DNA of 64,000 nucleotides, from contig JALMLS010000079.1 of the NCBI GenBank assembly GCA_038496445.1, positions 124,001 through 188,000 on the forward strand, written 5' to 3'. Shown piece by piece: positions 36,515 through 49,524 of this stretch. Each line of letters opens with the position of its first letter. Position 1 is the first letter of the stretch. Source of the stretch: Trichosphaerium sp. ATCC 40318. Lineage: Eukaryota; Protista; Tubulinea. The notes beneath the pieces were generated by a model, which was given only the letters and a program-made list of their open reading frames with translations, did not search any database and was not told the origin of the DNA. The position numbers and the translations under genes were made by a program.

Positions 36515-37889
36515 ATGCGCACCTCATTGTTTGTTATTCTAGCAATATTAGCAGTGGCTGCTGCGTTTGACCTGATTTCTATCGACAAGACTAACAGCAC
36601 TGGAGTATCTTACTGCGGCTCTAAATGCCGTTCGGTCAGCTGCGGACCTAGTTGGAACAAGCATAGTTCAGGAAAATGCTGCCCTGTAGTACCTGGATCA
36701 AAGAAGTCATGCTCAAAGTCCTGCGCTACAGCAAAATCATGCACCTGCCCACAACACACAAGCTCTTATTCTTTCCCTCAAAAACACTGCTCTTTGGCAA
36801 GCGATGAACATTTACTCGAGAAGGAAGCTTTGCTTGGCTCTTACACAAGTGCTCTACAAGATTTGAAAGATTGGGCAAACTCAAAAGGAATAGATCGTCC
36901 TTCATTTAAAGGACTCATGTTTGCTGCTTTCACGAGTGCCTATCAGGCAGATTTTAGCAACTTGCAAGCTTTTCAGTTGCTTATGTCACAAACTGATCCA
37001 GCACCTCCTTCAAATAAGCTTCCAGGCTTTTTGTTTACAGTACTTACGAGCGCTATTGGAAACTTGGGTGATGTTGGTACGACTTCTTTTTTTTTTTTTT
37101 TTATTGATCTGTCACGTGATTAATTGTATTTCAAAAGGCGGTAATATATCAACTATTATAAAACTTGCAAATGGTGGAATTTCAGCTGTAACTACTAATG
37201 ATAAGAATAAGCATAACCCAGATGTCACATGGAAAGATTTCATTGTTGATAGAATCTTGGACGCCAATGCAGCAAAGCCTGGTTTGGAAACTGCATTAAA
37301 TAACTATTTGGTCGCGTACTACAAGCACTATAAGATCCCTACTAGTGGCGTAAAGGGAACGAAATCTGCAGCTTACGGTCACTTGGCTTCACTTCTCAAA
37401 AAGTTCTACGATAGGCCGACATCAACCCAAGCGTTTGTCCATCTCGTAGGCAAGCAACTTTTTTCTGAATTCTTTTTTCTTTTTTGAAGTACCAGTACAC
37501 GTGAAGCTGATATTTTTGTTTTATAGGGGATTATCTTAACTCAGTAAAAGCCGGTATTGTCGTATCTGCATGTGGTAGCAAGTTTGAATGGCGTATTTCG
37601 AAGTTGAACTCCAATTCAGCACTTACAAGCAAACTTATGCAAAAAATGGGAAACTGTATTAACCCTGCCACAAACTTCAAGGACAGACATGGAACTCCAG
37701 TGCGTATCGCTCTTTTTAGTTGTGAAGTACGTAACCAGTAAATCAATAACCAAAAACAAAGTCAACAATTGGTACTAACTATTTTATTTTTAGCACGCAG
37801 TAACAAATGTCAAAAATTCGGCAATTGTTGGCCACCATTCCAGTGATTTCAAAGTATGCGGTGTTTCTGCCAAAGACGTAGACTTCTAA
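36515..37889 (+). CDS. Secreted protein with Cys-rich N-terminal module and helical C-terminal domain, 3 introns
   Basis: Signal peptide MRTSLFVILAILAVAAA, a Cys cluster (CGSKC..CC..C..C..CTC), and a spliced ORF ending in KDVDF*. Confidence 0.75.
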
Positions 37890-38305
37890 GTGATGATAGT
37901 ACCTGGTGCAATGTAACCAATAAAGTACCCTCCCAAATTGTTTGAAAAGTACATTCTGAAGCTCTTCATTTTGGACCTGTGGTAGTATCTCCAGGCAAGA
38001 GATTAACCGTATGGTTAGCTGCTATATGTTTGTTGTTTGTTAGACCATCTTCACACGCATATCTGAAGAAGCAAGTTGTTCTAGCTTCAGCTTATTCTTT
38101 CGCTTCCTGTGTACTAGGTGTAAGTACCCAACATCTAAGTTAGATCACTAAAACGTGCTTGCTTCCTTTTCATAACCAAGGTAGCCAAAACCAGGTTTTG
38201 TATTTTGCGCAAAAAGTCCAGTGTAGTACCGTTTTTCGTACCCTACACGAACTACAAAGCATCTAGCTATGTTAAACAATACACTAAACGCCAAACATCA
38301 AAAGC

Positions 38306-38773
38306 ATGTTATACATACAAGCGTATAAAACCTATTGTCTGAGTGCAAAAACAGCTTTTTGGACCCTCCCACAGAGATTTTAGCTCATATCTTATGTCAA
38401 ACAACTAAATCACGATTCGCAGCATATCAAACGTGTCATCACCTTGCTGCTATTGTTCATGACATTATCGGATACAATGATGTTAAATTTCAAGTATGTG
38501 GCAAGCTACAGCAATTCTAAGACATCCAAGTACCCTCCTACATACCGAAATCATTCTTTGTGCTAGTCAGATTAGAAGGTTTAAACTCTTTTTGCTGCAT
38601 ATGCTATTAATCTCACTTGTACATGCATAGCAGATGAAGGGTTAAAAGCACTTTCGAACGTTAATGCTATCTATCTTTATGGTTGCAGGGGAGTTACACA
38701 TGAAGGAATAAAGGCTCTAACTAGTGTACAAGAAATTCATGCTGAAAGCACTCTGCTACAAAAGAAGGTGTGA
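38306..38773 (+). pseudogene. F-box + leucine-rich repeat protein, probably disrupted
   Basis: F-box-like FLDPPTEILAHIL and LRR-like IADEGLKALSNVNAIYLYGCRGVTHEGIKAL. The frame cannot be joined cleanly near 38580. Confidence 0.5.
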
Positions 38774-39281
38774 GCTGTTTTCGTAATAGGATAAAACTAG
38801 GGGGTGGCCTCTTAATTACAGCCAAAGTTATTTTAAAATATTGAATTGTAATTGCAACAATATATCAGTTAAAGAATTGCATTTAAAGCGCCCTTCAATG
38901 AAGAGTTGTTTTTCAGTTTTATTTAATTTACTTTTGATGTTGAGAATATATTGAGATTAAATCTTTTATAAACCAGGGGAGTTATGAAGGACTAAAGGTT
39001 CTAACTACTATGGTACGTATGAGTTTACCAAGATTGACAAACTTCTTTTATAAGACAACTAACACGGCCACATGCAACTCATGGAAAACTCAACACTGAA
39101 GCGTTCTTGCGATTATAAAGCTCGCATTCACTGTATGCTGGTATGGGCTCCTTTCTTTATTTTTTTTTGAGGCAAAAAGCTTCTTTTATTTTTTTTTTTC
39201 AAAATCTCAGTATTGAGACCTTACTGTACTCAACTCTAGCATTAAGATGTCATACAGTATGAACTGATTAAAGTGGCGTCA

Positions 39282-41111
39282 TTATTTAGCGAATTTGATC
39301 CATTTTCCTGCTTCGGCCTGAAAAAACATTGAGTTTTAGAAATCACGTGATTTGTGATAAAATTGATATTAGTACGTACCTTTGGGTAAACAGCTTTGAG
39401 CATAGTTAACCATTTTTTTGAACCTTCATCGTATTTGCAAAGATAAAACTTGCAAGAGCGTCCTCCTGAGTTAGGTAACGTTGGACCATCCGTAAGCTTA
39501 ACAGTAACTGAATTTCCTGGAGATGGAAGTTTTTTCAATTCTTGAAGCCTAGACACGTGTCAGTATTCGCTAAAAGTTTTCTTCATGTACCCTCCGAAAG
39601 GACCTTCAATACGCCAACGACCAGTAACTTTACCAGTAGCACCAAAGGTGATCTATTGGTGAAGTTAATAAGCGCGACTTGCGCCTGTTTTTTTTTTTTA
39701 GATATTTTTCTTGTACCTCTTCAGCGCCTTCGTCACGACCTCTTGGATCAGGTAGAATGGCAACAACAGTTACAGGGCCCTTATTGAAGGTTACTTCACC
39801 TCTTGCTTCATCCAATGCGTTTTCATCTGCATTAGTGATGGCAACGAGAACGCTGTCTTGAAGCCACAATTTTTGATTTTCAATCAAAGGATTATTGTAT
39901 CCTTAAAAACAAGACAATTAGTTTTTGAAGATCGTCAATCGAAGTGTACCTTTACAGAATGGTAAAGACTTTACCCAGTTGTTGTACGCTTTTTCCCAAG
40001 CGGAAGGAGGATCTAAAAAACATCAAATTAATTTTCTTGTTTACGTCGAGAAAAAAAACTTTCTCCTTACCATGTAAGGCCCATTTCTTCAACGTGGCTA
40101 CTTCGTTTGGGTACAAGTTATTCAATCTGTACATGATAGACATGTATATCATTGCGCGAGCAACATCACCTCTATGACAAAAGTATAAGAGAAATTCCAG
40201 TTTTTTGTTTTACACATTTTCTTTTTTTGCTTACTTGCTGCGATTTGGTACAATCCACTCATGCTCTTCGTCCAAACCAACTCCTTTATAAGCGGCTGTG
40301 CCCTTGAATCTAAGTGGTTTATGTTTTACACCATCTCCATCGAGGTCAAAAGGATAACACCTTTATTTCTTGTAAGTACGCTAAATTATGATAATGCGCT
40401 TTGTTACGCACTCTCTCATTTTGTTTACTGTTTGGTGAGACGCTGCCATGTTAAACAAATTAGTTGTCGCTCCGGCAAAAATATTAGGGTGTTGTTTCAA
40501 GAACTTAGGGTACTACAAGGAGATGGTTAGTACAAGCATATTTCGATAAAAACCCCGAACAAAAATTAGCGATAAGGACTTGAAAATATACGCACTTTGG
40601 CTTGCATTTGTTGACAAAGAACGTCCTTTGGTAACACGTGCTCGATAGATTGTTTACGATCTTTTAGTAGTTTGTTGATATCCATTTTCTCGTCAGCGGC
40701 GTATACAGGAGGCACTTGTAGGTAAGGATACTTGCCATTGATTTTCTGGGACAAAAAAACGCCTTTAGATAAAAAAAAAAATAGCGCAATAGGTGACGCT
40801 ATTACCACACTCGTACTTGAGAGAAAAAGTTCCAAAAGTACTGTTTACGCTCCTTCCACGTCCAAGCTTTCTGATTTGGACTACCATATTTATCTCGGAG
40901 ATGCTCATCGTACCAACAATTAAAACTATCCGGATTACCTTTAAAACAGAGTTGTTTTAGTATTTAATCACGTGATTGTAAAAGATATACCGCTTGGTGG
41001 ACACGCGCGTTTCCTAAAGTCATTTGCGTTTGGAGGACGCTTAGCTGCTGGTTTTGGGTGCGGCTTTTTAGCTGCGGAACCGTCTTTCGTAAGAGCCGAT
41101 TTAAAGTCCAT
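39282..41111 (-). CDS. Endonuclease I (EndA/Dns-type His-Me finger nuclease) with a C-terminal lamin-tail-like domain, about 9 introns
   Basis: SIEHVLP, NLFNM..SHQTVNKMRECYPF, KGDVARAMIYM..Y, W..HDPPSAWE and NPLI. LTD-like VVAILPDPRGRDEGAEEITF..PGNSVTVKL..LPNSGG. Confidence 0.85.
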
Positions 41112-41380
41112 ACTGCGAGAAACAATCTGAGAAATACGTTGACGATTTTTGCCAAAACAGGACAAGTTTTCGTATTTTTGTAGGTACAGCGAAGGAATAG
41201 TTGTCACACAACATACGTAACAGAATATGATAAGATGAGAGTGATTAAATGTTACAACAAGCTGGCTCCCAAACTACTCAATGGATGCTCTGTTTACGGT
41301 TGTTTACGCAAGGTAATGTTGATAGGGAATAGTGATTTATTCAAGTTGTTGTGAGATAACACGGTATCTTTATTCAAGAG

Positions 41381-43088
41381 ATTCTTATGGTGCAGGTTCA
41401 ACCATAAATGTAGGAGATCCAACAGGAGCGAAACATCGTTGTTGAGTGTTGACCCTTTTGATATGATCATGTTAGTTTAAAACAATGAACAAAAGCTACA
41501 ACGTACACATTAGTGCTTGCATGTGATCGTGTTATTGCTCCACTATCGTGTATTACCCATGGTTGGAATTCTGAGATTGTTCCAGTTCCTAAACGATTCT
41601 TAGAGAACAGTGCATAGAAATACAACCAGTCAGTGTGACATACCTATAAATGTTCCATTGAAGGTACAGCTAACAAGGCTTCCAGCTACCAAAGATGCTC
41701 TTGAAGTTGCAAAGTCGTTGATACCAGGTACAGGATTGAACTGATATAAACAAATAGATTGTAAAGAGTATCATTTAGAAAGTAGAAGGTACCTCAGGCA
41801 TATCACATTCAATTCCATCAGCGGCAACAATGCCGTTTGTGAATGGAAACTCAATTGACATCTCTTCGAATGAACTTCCTGTGTTACTACAAACAACATC
41901 AACTCTGAATTGGTTGCCTACAGAGGTATGAATAAGATGAACAATTGAAAAAAGTAGTATTTGTACCAACAGTTGCGCTTGAATCAAGGAATAATCTGTG
42001 CTCACAAATAATCTTAGTCGAGGTACACATGAAATCAAGAACAACAAATCGGCTTTCAGGAGCGTGAACATCAATTTTAAGACTCAGTTCGGTTACAGAG
42101 GTTGGCAGAACATGAAAGAATGGAATACAAACAGAAGTTCTTTGAGTGATATTTTGGAACACGTGTGTTGATACTTGATAGACGTCATTATTCTTTACAC
42201 TGATTGTCGCTGATGCTCCTTCATTTGCAAAAAACAAATGAAGTAACCAGCAATCTAAGAGTATTTAGAGGCACACGTACACAAAGAGCGACTAACGTAC
42301 CAGGACTCCATTCTTCTGTGAAATTGATTGGAGGGTTCATAGAGTTTGGTGGACTTGCGTATGGATAACCAGAGTATGTGATTGTTGCGTGGGTACCACA
42401 AGCGCCAATAGTTGATGCTGAAGCGCCATATGCGTTGCTTGAGCTCAAGTGAGATCGAATGAGAAGTGAGTTAGGAAGTGCATTTGGGTTGTTTGATACA
42501 CCAACAGCCACAACTTCACGGGCGCACTTCTGAAAATTCAAAGAACCAATCCTCGAATATCCACACTTAAACACTACATGCATAGATGTCTAGAGTCACT
42601 CTGGCAATATTTGATGATGAGAGATGTAACGTGAAAAATAGTAGAGAAAAACAACGAGAAAATTGTGCAAAGTGTGTATGTGTACAGACACAAAGACACA
42701 TGTGTTGTGATTCATAAAAATAATATCAGTTCAATGCTGTACCTGGTATCAACGACTTTGCAACTTCAAGAGCATCTTTGGTAGCTGGAAGCCTTGTTAG
42801 CTGTACCTTCAATGGAACATTTATAGGTATGTCACACTGACTGGTTGTATTTCTATGCACTGTTCTCTAAGAATCGTTTTAGGAACAGGAACAATCTCAG
42901 AATTCCAACCATGGGTAATGCACGATACTGGAGCAATAACACGATCACATGCAAGCACTAATGTGTATGTTTATTTTTTCTGTAGTGTGAGTTAACTAAC
43001 GCCACATCAAAAGAGTCAACACTCAACAACGATGTTTCGCTCCTGTTGGATCTCCTACATTTATGGTCGTACCTGCACCATAAGAATG
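41381..43088. repeat. Inverted duplication: 41381-41747 versus 42723-43088
   Basis: 41501-41747 is a near-identical reverse complement of 42723-42970, and 41381-41462 matches about 43006-43088. The intervening intron has diverged. Confidence 0.9.
41385..42583 (-). CDS. C-terminal part of an uncharacterised beta-rich extracellular protein, possibly pseudogenic
   Basis: Several exons with GT-AG borders ending in VNTQQRCFAPVGSPTFMVEPAP*. There is an apparent frameshift near 41635 and no clear start. Confidence 0.45.
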
Positions 43089-43363
43089 AATACAAGTCGC
43101 CGCACAACTTGAAATAAATTGTTATTCGCAAAATTAATAGCGACACTATGTGTTGTTTCTCGTTCTATCTGTTTTCAAGTATTCAGAACAAGTCTCTTCT
43201 TTTTTATCAAACAATTTCAATGTACGTACTTTTTTCAAGTGATACTGTACACCTAACGTTTGTCACGAACCCGTACAAAATTATCACACTACAGTATTAA
43301 AAAATATCACGTGACTTGTCAGATTTGTAGTATATTTGTTATTTTCCAGAAATCCTTTTTCAA

Positions 43364-44576
43364 ATGAAGCAACACGTCTCAATAATCATTCTTATCGCTG
43401 TAATACTTTCTATTATATCACCATGCGCATGCTTACCAAACCCTGGGTTCCTATTCTTATCGATACGTGATACTCTTGTCATTCAATCATCAGACTTGGC
43501 TTTTAACGGTACCATACAGACAAACACAACAACAAACCCATTTTTTTGACTATTTCCTCAACTATTTTGCTAACACTGTTTTCAGACTTTGGTGATACCC
43601 AATTTGATACTGGTATACGAGCAGAACTGGGTCCGGGTGCAGACACCATGGTGAGTAAGTGTAACTTTTTTTCGCCTTCAAAAAGTTGTTTACACTCATT
43701 TTAATCAGTACCTTCGTTGGATGGCCAAATGGTATTGTTTGGCTCTACAACATCAAACAGAATAAGTATGGTTATATCGGTGAGAGCATTAGACAATACA
43801 GAGATTTGTTCTGGGCTTGTAAACACGGGGATTTCGGCTGGATTTTTTGTTGATGACACTGTATTCTTCGCAATGCAACGTTCTTCTACAGTGATCACCC
43901 GTTACCACCTTGACACCTCAAATGTTGATGATTGTATATCTGGGCCTATATCAACTTGTACAATTACACGTCCTTTCTCAAACACCCGAATACAAGGAAG
44001 TACGCAGTTTGTTAGAAAGGATAATTTTGTTTTTTGATTCTTTAAAAGCTGTTACTCTTTTCTCCAGTGTCACCCACGTGTCTTATGATTATTGTAGTGA
44101 CTGGTGGAGGAAGTGAAATAATGTATCTTTCCATTGAAGGAGTTTTTAGTACTGCCAGTACATCCTTTTATGAAGTTCAAGTATCTGCTCTCTTTTCGGA
44201 TTCTTGCGAACTTGATGTATCGTTACTTCCACAACTTGGAGATACAATCATGGGCATATATAGAATAACTATACTTGATGAGAATAGACTCCTTGCATCT
44301 TCTGGTGGTGACACAATTACAATTGATAAGGCGACTGGTACTACTAGGTTGTTTAATTTCGCTAAACAGTCATGTGTTATAGGCGAACAAATGGCTTATT
44401 TTACAGCACCAATAGGTTCCCCTAATCTACAACCTACTTTTTATTCTACTACAGCGTTTTGTGCTCCACGAGTACGTCACTTTTAAACTTGTTTATTTTA
44501 TCTATTCACAAACATGATTGTTTTTTAGATCACACCGGAGATGACCGCTTTAAGGATTCAGTTATTATCTCAGTAA
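43364..44576 (+). CDS. Secreted uncharacterised protein, copy A (3' end uncertain)
   Basis: Signal peptide MKQHVSIIILIAVILSIISPCAC, and 5 GT-AG introns conserved with copy B. Confidence 0.65.
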
Positions 44577-45628
44577 AGTACCAAGTTTCAGACAATAAAA
44601 ATAAAGGTTCCAACCGAGTAGCATGCTTTCTTTGGGTAGCAAAAAAGGAACTTTTAATTCCTTATTTAGCATCAACCCGTCGAATGAATATTCCGGCCAA
44701 ATCCGCTTAAACAGTTATGTCCACTTATCCCTAACGTTAGGTCGCAAACAACGCTGTTTAGAAACAAATTACCGTATGAATCATTGCGTTGGTTTGTATC
44801 TGATGACGTGCTGTATAATGTGCACTACCTCCACCTGCCACCAACTTTCATTTTCCAACCGATTCCCACCACAGTAGCATCAACAATACCAACTACATGG
44901 TCCATGATACATATTTACAAAACCCTAATCATGGCTGTATTTACCACCTTATACTGATCACCAAGAGGGTTGTTGGTCGTATGGTGTTTTGGTAAGGGAG
45001 TCCAAAGGATTTGTAGGATGTATTTGTGTAATATTCCATGTCAATGTACATACATACATTAAAAAACAAATAAATAGTGAAGAGGGAGCCAAGGCTCGCT
45101 CCGCTCGCTTGAAAAAAAAAAAAATTTGTACAGATCACCAAGAAACACATATTCAATAATTGGCCAATTAACTACAAAACTAAAAGTTCCGCACAAAAAC
45201 TAAAAGTTCCTCACACAACTTCCCGTACACTACACATTGCTAGATCTTTGTAAAACAGCACTAGAACACCCTTCGAAATCGCTACCTTAAGAAAATCTGG
45301 CGGGCTGCTGCGAGTGGGTACACATTGACGCTAGTAAAACTCGCCGTTTTTTTAGCGGTATACAAACTTAGAAGTGAAAATATAGTATATACACTGTATA
45401 TTATCACGTGATAGCCAGTTTTTCTACGCCGATGCTGACGTGATAGAGATGGGTCGGGTTTTTTTGTCCGCTATTGTCGGCCAATCCTTAAACACGTATA
45501 ATATTGTATTTGTACACCTTCGGAGGCCATAGGTTCGTTTTAAACTCTTTGCCAAAACTTTTGTGATTCGTATACTTTCTTTGCTTAACCAACAAACGTG
45601 TTAAGCTGACATAAAATACAAACCAAGC

Positions 45629-48192
45629 ATGATGAGCAACGACTCTACTGCTCTTTCAGTACTACTTTTTCTTTCTGTAGTCACTCTCGTATCTAGTAGT
45701 ACGTTAACAAAGGATAAATTAAGTCACCATGGCACAGTTCTGATTGGTTTTTTTTAGCAACTTTTACAGCATCCATCATTGGAGATCAAACATGTCGCGA
45801 AGGATCAAGCCCAATGAATGTACCTACAAACACACTTTCTTGGGGAAGTAACGGAAGGTTCTCTGTCATAAAGTTCCGTATCTTTGATGACGAAGGTGGT
45901 TCAGTACCACGTGGAGCTACTATTGACTCTGCGACTTTAACTTTTATTGGTGAAAACAATGGCGAATATCGCGGAAACATTTACAGATCGGCTGTTGATT
46001 GGCAAGAAAGTACTGTCAGTTACGCAAACTTTGGCCCTTCTCCTGGAGCCGATACAGCAGATTTCAGCGGTCCTTTGATAGCTGGATTTGATGATACACG
46101 AAGAAACCAACCTCTTACTATTGATGTTACAAGCGCAGTTTTAGCTTGGAATAGCGGTCAAAACAACTTCGGTTTTGTCATTGTACCAGGTAAGGGAGTA
46201 TGTAAAATATTTTTACTGATGTTATGTTTAGATGGTAACGGTAGAGGCAACTCGGCAGTTTACTCTTCAGAATCACAAGATGATCCTGTTCTTGAGATTG
46301 AAGTCCGTCAAGAGTACCAAGGATACGATGGCTCTGATAACAACGTTAATAACCCAACGTTTGGCGCTGTTAATACACCTCTGTTACGCCAAGTAATGAG
46401 TAACGGAGGTAACATTGTCATACCAACGTCATATGCTGATGGTCTATCTGCAGTACGCTAACATTGCCATTTTTTTGTTTGCGACTTTATTAACTTTAAT
46501 CGCTAGCCACGTGAATTAGATTCTAGCGGTAACCCTCTTCCTTCAGTTCGATTAGTAAGTAATCTTGTTGCCGGTCATGTTGAACAAAGATCACGTGCAA
46601 GAAACCCAAGAAGGTAATTGTTTTCACAAAACAACTTTCATTTGTCGCGTTTATTCCCTTGTTCTCATACGGTGTACTCTAGACATACTGATTTATTGAC
46701 ATATTTTGGTCAATTCATCGACCATGATATTGATTTAACACCAGAAGGTGGTGATGACTTCAATATTGTAATACCTGCAGGCGATCCAATCTTCACAGGA
46801 GAATTTCATTTTACAAGAGCAGTACCAATATCTGGAACTCCCGCAAATCAACCCCTCGAACATCCAAACGTCATCAGTGCTTACATCGATGGTTCGATGG
46901 TATACGGAAACAGTGTCGAGCACGCCAATAGTTTGAGAACAATGTACGTTCTGAAATTTTATCAGTTTTTTTGTCGTTTTGAGATTAAGTTTATGTTTAG
47001 GAATAACGGACTTATGAAAACAAGTGCTGGTGATTTCTTGCCTTTTAATCTTGCTGAACTTAACCTTGAAATGGGAAATATTGGATTTGTTTCAGATGAG
47101 GAAATATACGCTGCTGGTGATGTCAGAGTCAATGAAAACGCTGTTTTGACTTGTTTGCATACTCTTTTTGTTAGAGAGCATAACAGAATAGCTGGAGAGC
47201 TTCAAACAGATAACCCAACTTGGTCAGATGAGAGACTATTCCAAGAAGCTAGACGTCGTGTCATTGCTACTATACAATCCATTACAATGTATGAATGGCT
47301 TCCAGAGATCATTGGAAACATACCAAACTACACTGTACGTCCAGAGCTCCAACATTTTTTTCTCTGAAGTAGCCACCAACCTTACTCTTTCTTGATTTCA
47401 GGGCTACAACGACAATGTTAATCCTGGTATCATGAACGTATTCTCAGGAGCTGCATTCCGATTTGGACACAGTCTCATCAGCACTGTAATTCACAGAGTT
47501 GATCCAGACTTTCACTCTATCTCACAAGGACCTATACTCCTTCGTAACGCTTTTTTCAACCCTGTTGCTATTCAATACGGTATTGGTTCTATGCTAAGAG
47601 GCGTCATGATGCAACAACACGAAGCAGTCGATGTACTTGTAAGTGATGACTTGAGGAACTTCCTATTCCAAAACGTTGGAGGCGGTGGAGCTCAAACACA
47701 TGATTTGATATCATTCAACCTTCAAAGAGGTAGAGACTTAGGTCTACCTGACTACAACACACTTCGTGCAGCATACGGTTTTTCAAGAATGAACGACTTC
47801 TCTGATGTATCAAGCGACCCTGGAACTGTAAATGCGCTTGCTACTGCATATGCGAGTGTTGATGACATTGATCCGTTCATAGGTGGTCTAGCTGAAGGTA
47901 CTAGTTCATTACTTAACTATCACGTGACTTATTTTTATTTTTAGATCAACTTCCGAATAGTAAACTTGGTGAGTTGTTCACAGCTATACTCAGAGACCAA
48001 TTCACAAGATTGAGAAGTGGTGATAGATTTTGGTTTGAAAATGGACACTTTAGCGCTCAAGAGACTCAAGAGTTGTTGAACACTAAAATGCTTGATGTAA
48101 TTATTCGTAATACTGACACAAGATCATCAACAGCTCGAGATTTTAGCTCTGCTTTTTCTCTAAGCGATTCATCAGATGTACCTAACTTGTAA
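45629..48192 (+). CDS. Secreted heme peroxidase (peroxidase-cyclooxygenase superfamily) with an N-terminal DNRLRE/CBM96-like domain, 7 introns
   Basis: Signal peptide, then VPRGATIDSATL..DW.ESTVSY..IDVT.AV.AW...NFGF. Peroxidase motifs DGSDNN, FGQFIDHDID, YIDGSMVYG, GDVRVNEN, LFVREHNR, AFRFGHS, NLQRGRDLGL and QFTRLRSGDRFWFEN. Confidence 0.93.
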
Positions 48193-49524
48193 TGCAAAGC
48201 GTATCACTGAACCTGCTCTGTAAATAAAACTCTACATCAAAATCGTCGAACGAATGAAGACATAGTTTTGCGCCCTTTTCACTAACTTATTGTATTCGAC
48301 ATGCACGTGTAGTATGCATATCATTTTTGGCTGTTTGAGATTTTGCAAATTGTACTCTTGCAACATCTTCTGCTACTCCGTTTCAAGTAGTTCTACTGCT
48401 TAGCAAAAATGCTCTAGCTTGTGAGTCATTTCTTAGAACTTGGTAGCTGGATCCTGTTAGCAGTACCTTTATAGTATGTCACTGACTGGTGTATTTCTAT
48501 GCACTGTTCTCTAAGAATCGTTGTAGGAACTGGAACAATCTCAGAATTCCAATCATGTGTAATACACGATAGTGGAGCAATAACACCATAGATTGTGAAT
48601 CCTTTGATAAACCATCATGGTTTGATAATGCCACTGCTGTATCCGTTGTTAGAAGATTGGATGGTTCTTGGATTATGGTACGTGGGTTCAGAAGAATGGC
48701 TCTTTAAGCGTAGACAGCGCAATACTCCTGCATTTGTTATTGGTCATGGTATAGATGGTTTTTCCAGAGATGGTACAGTTATTCTATCCAAGCATTTAGC
48801 TCCTACAAGTGAAAAGAGAATATCAAAACAAGTTGAAAGAATTGGATTTATTGAGTGGGAAGATGCTTATGATTAAACTATTACTGCTGACGCTGGCACG
48901 TGGCCCTCCAAAATTTGTGAGAACAAATTTCGGAGGCTGATCGAGCAATCTGGGATGGTGATTTTTTTTTCGATGTAATCTTGTAATTATTATTATGAAT
49001 AAAGCGAGGCTACGGCGCTCGCCCTCTTGTTTGAAAAAAAAAAACGATAGTTGGCAACAGCACTATCACTATTTATTTTTCTGTGGACTAACGCCACATC
49101 AAAAGAAGGTTGCAACAACGTTACAGAGATTACAGACAAAGTACGAATCGCTCTCATATTGTTATTAGTTAATTTAATGGTTAAAAAAGAGTCAACACTC
49201 AACAACGATGTTTCGCTCCTGTTGGATCTCCTACATTTATGGTCGTACCTGCACCATAAGAATGAAGACAAGTTTTGTCACAGCTTGAAATAAATTGTTA
49301 TTCCCAAAATTAATAGTGAAACTATGTGTTGTTTCTCGTTCTATCTGTTTTCAAGTATTCAGAACAAGCCTCTTCTTTTTTATCAAAAACTTTCAATGTA
49401 CTTTTTTTTCAAGTGATATTGTACCACCTAACGTTTGTCACTACAGTATTAAAAAATATCACGTGACATTTTATGATTTGTAGTATATTTGTTATTATTA
49501 TTTTCCAGAAATCCTTTTTTTCAA

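Noticed and set aside
40722-40731. Second U12 donor (GTATCCTTAC) on the minus strand
   Set aside because: It lies in an open exon (GKYPYLQ) that reads through to the conserved EHVLP motif.
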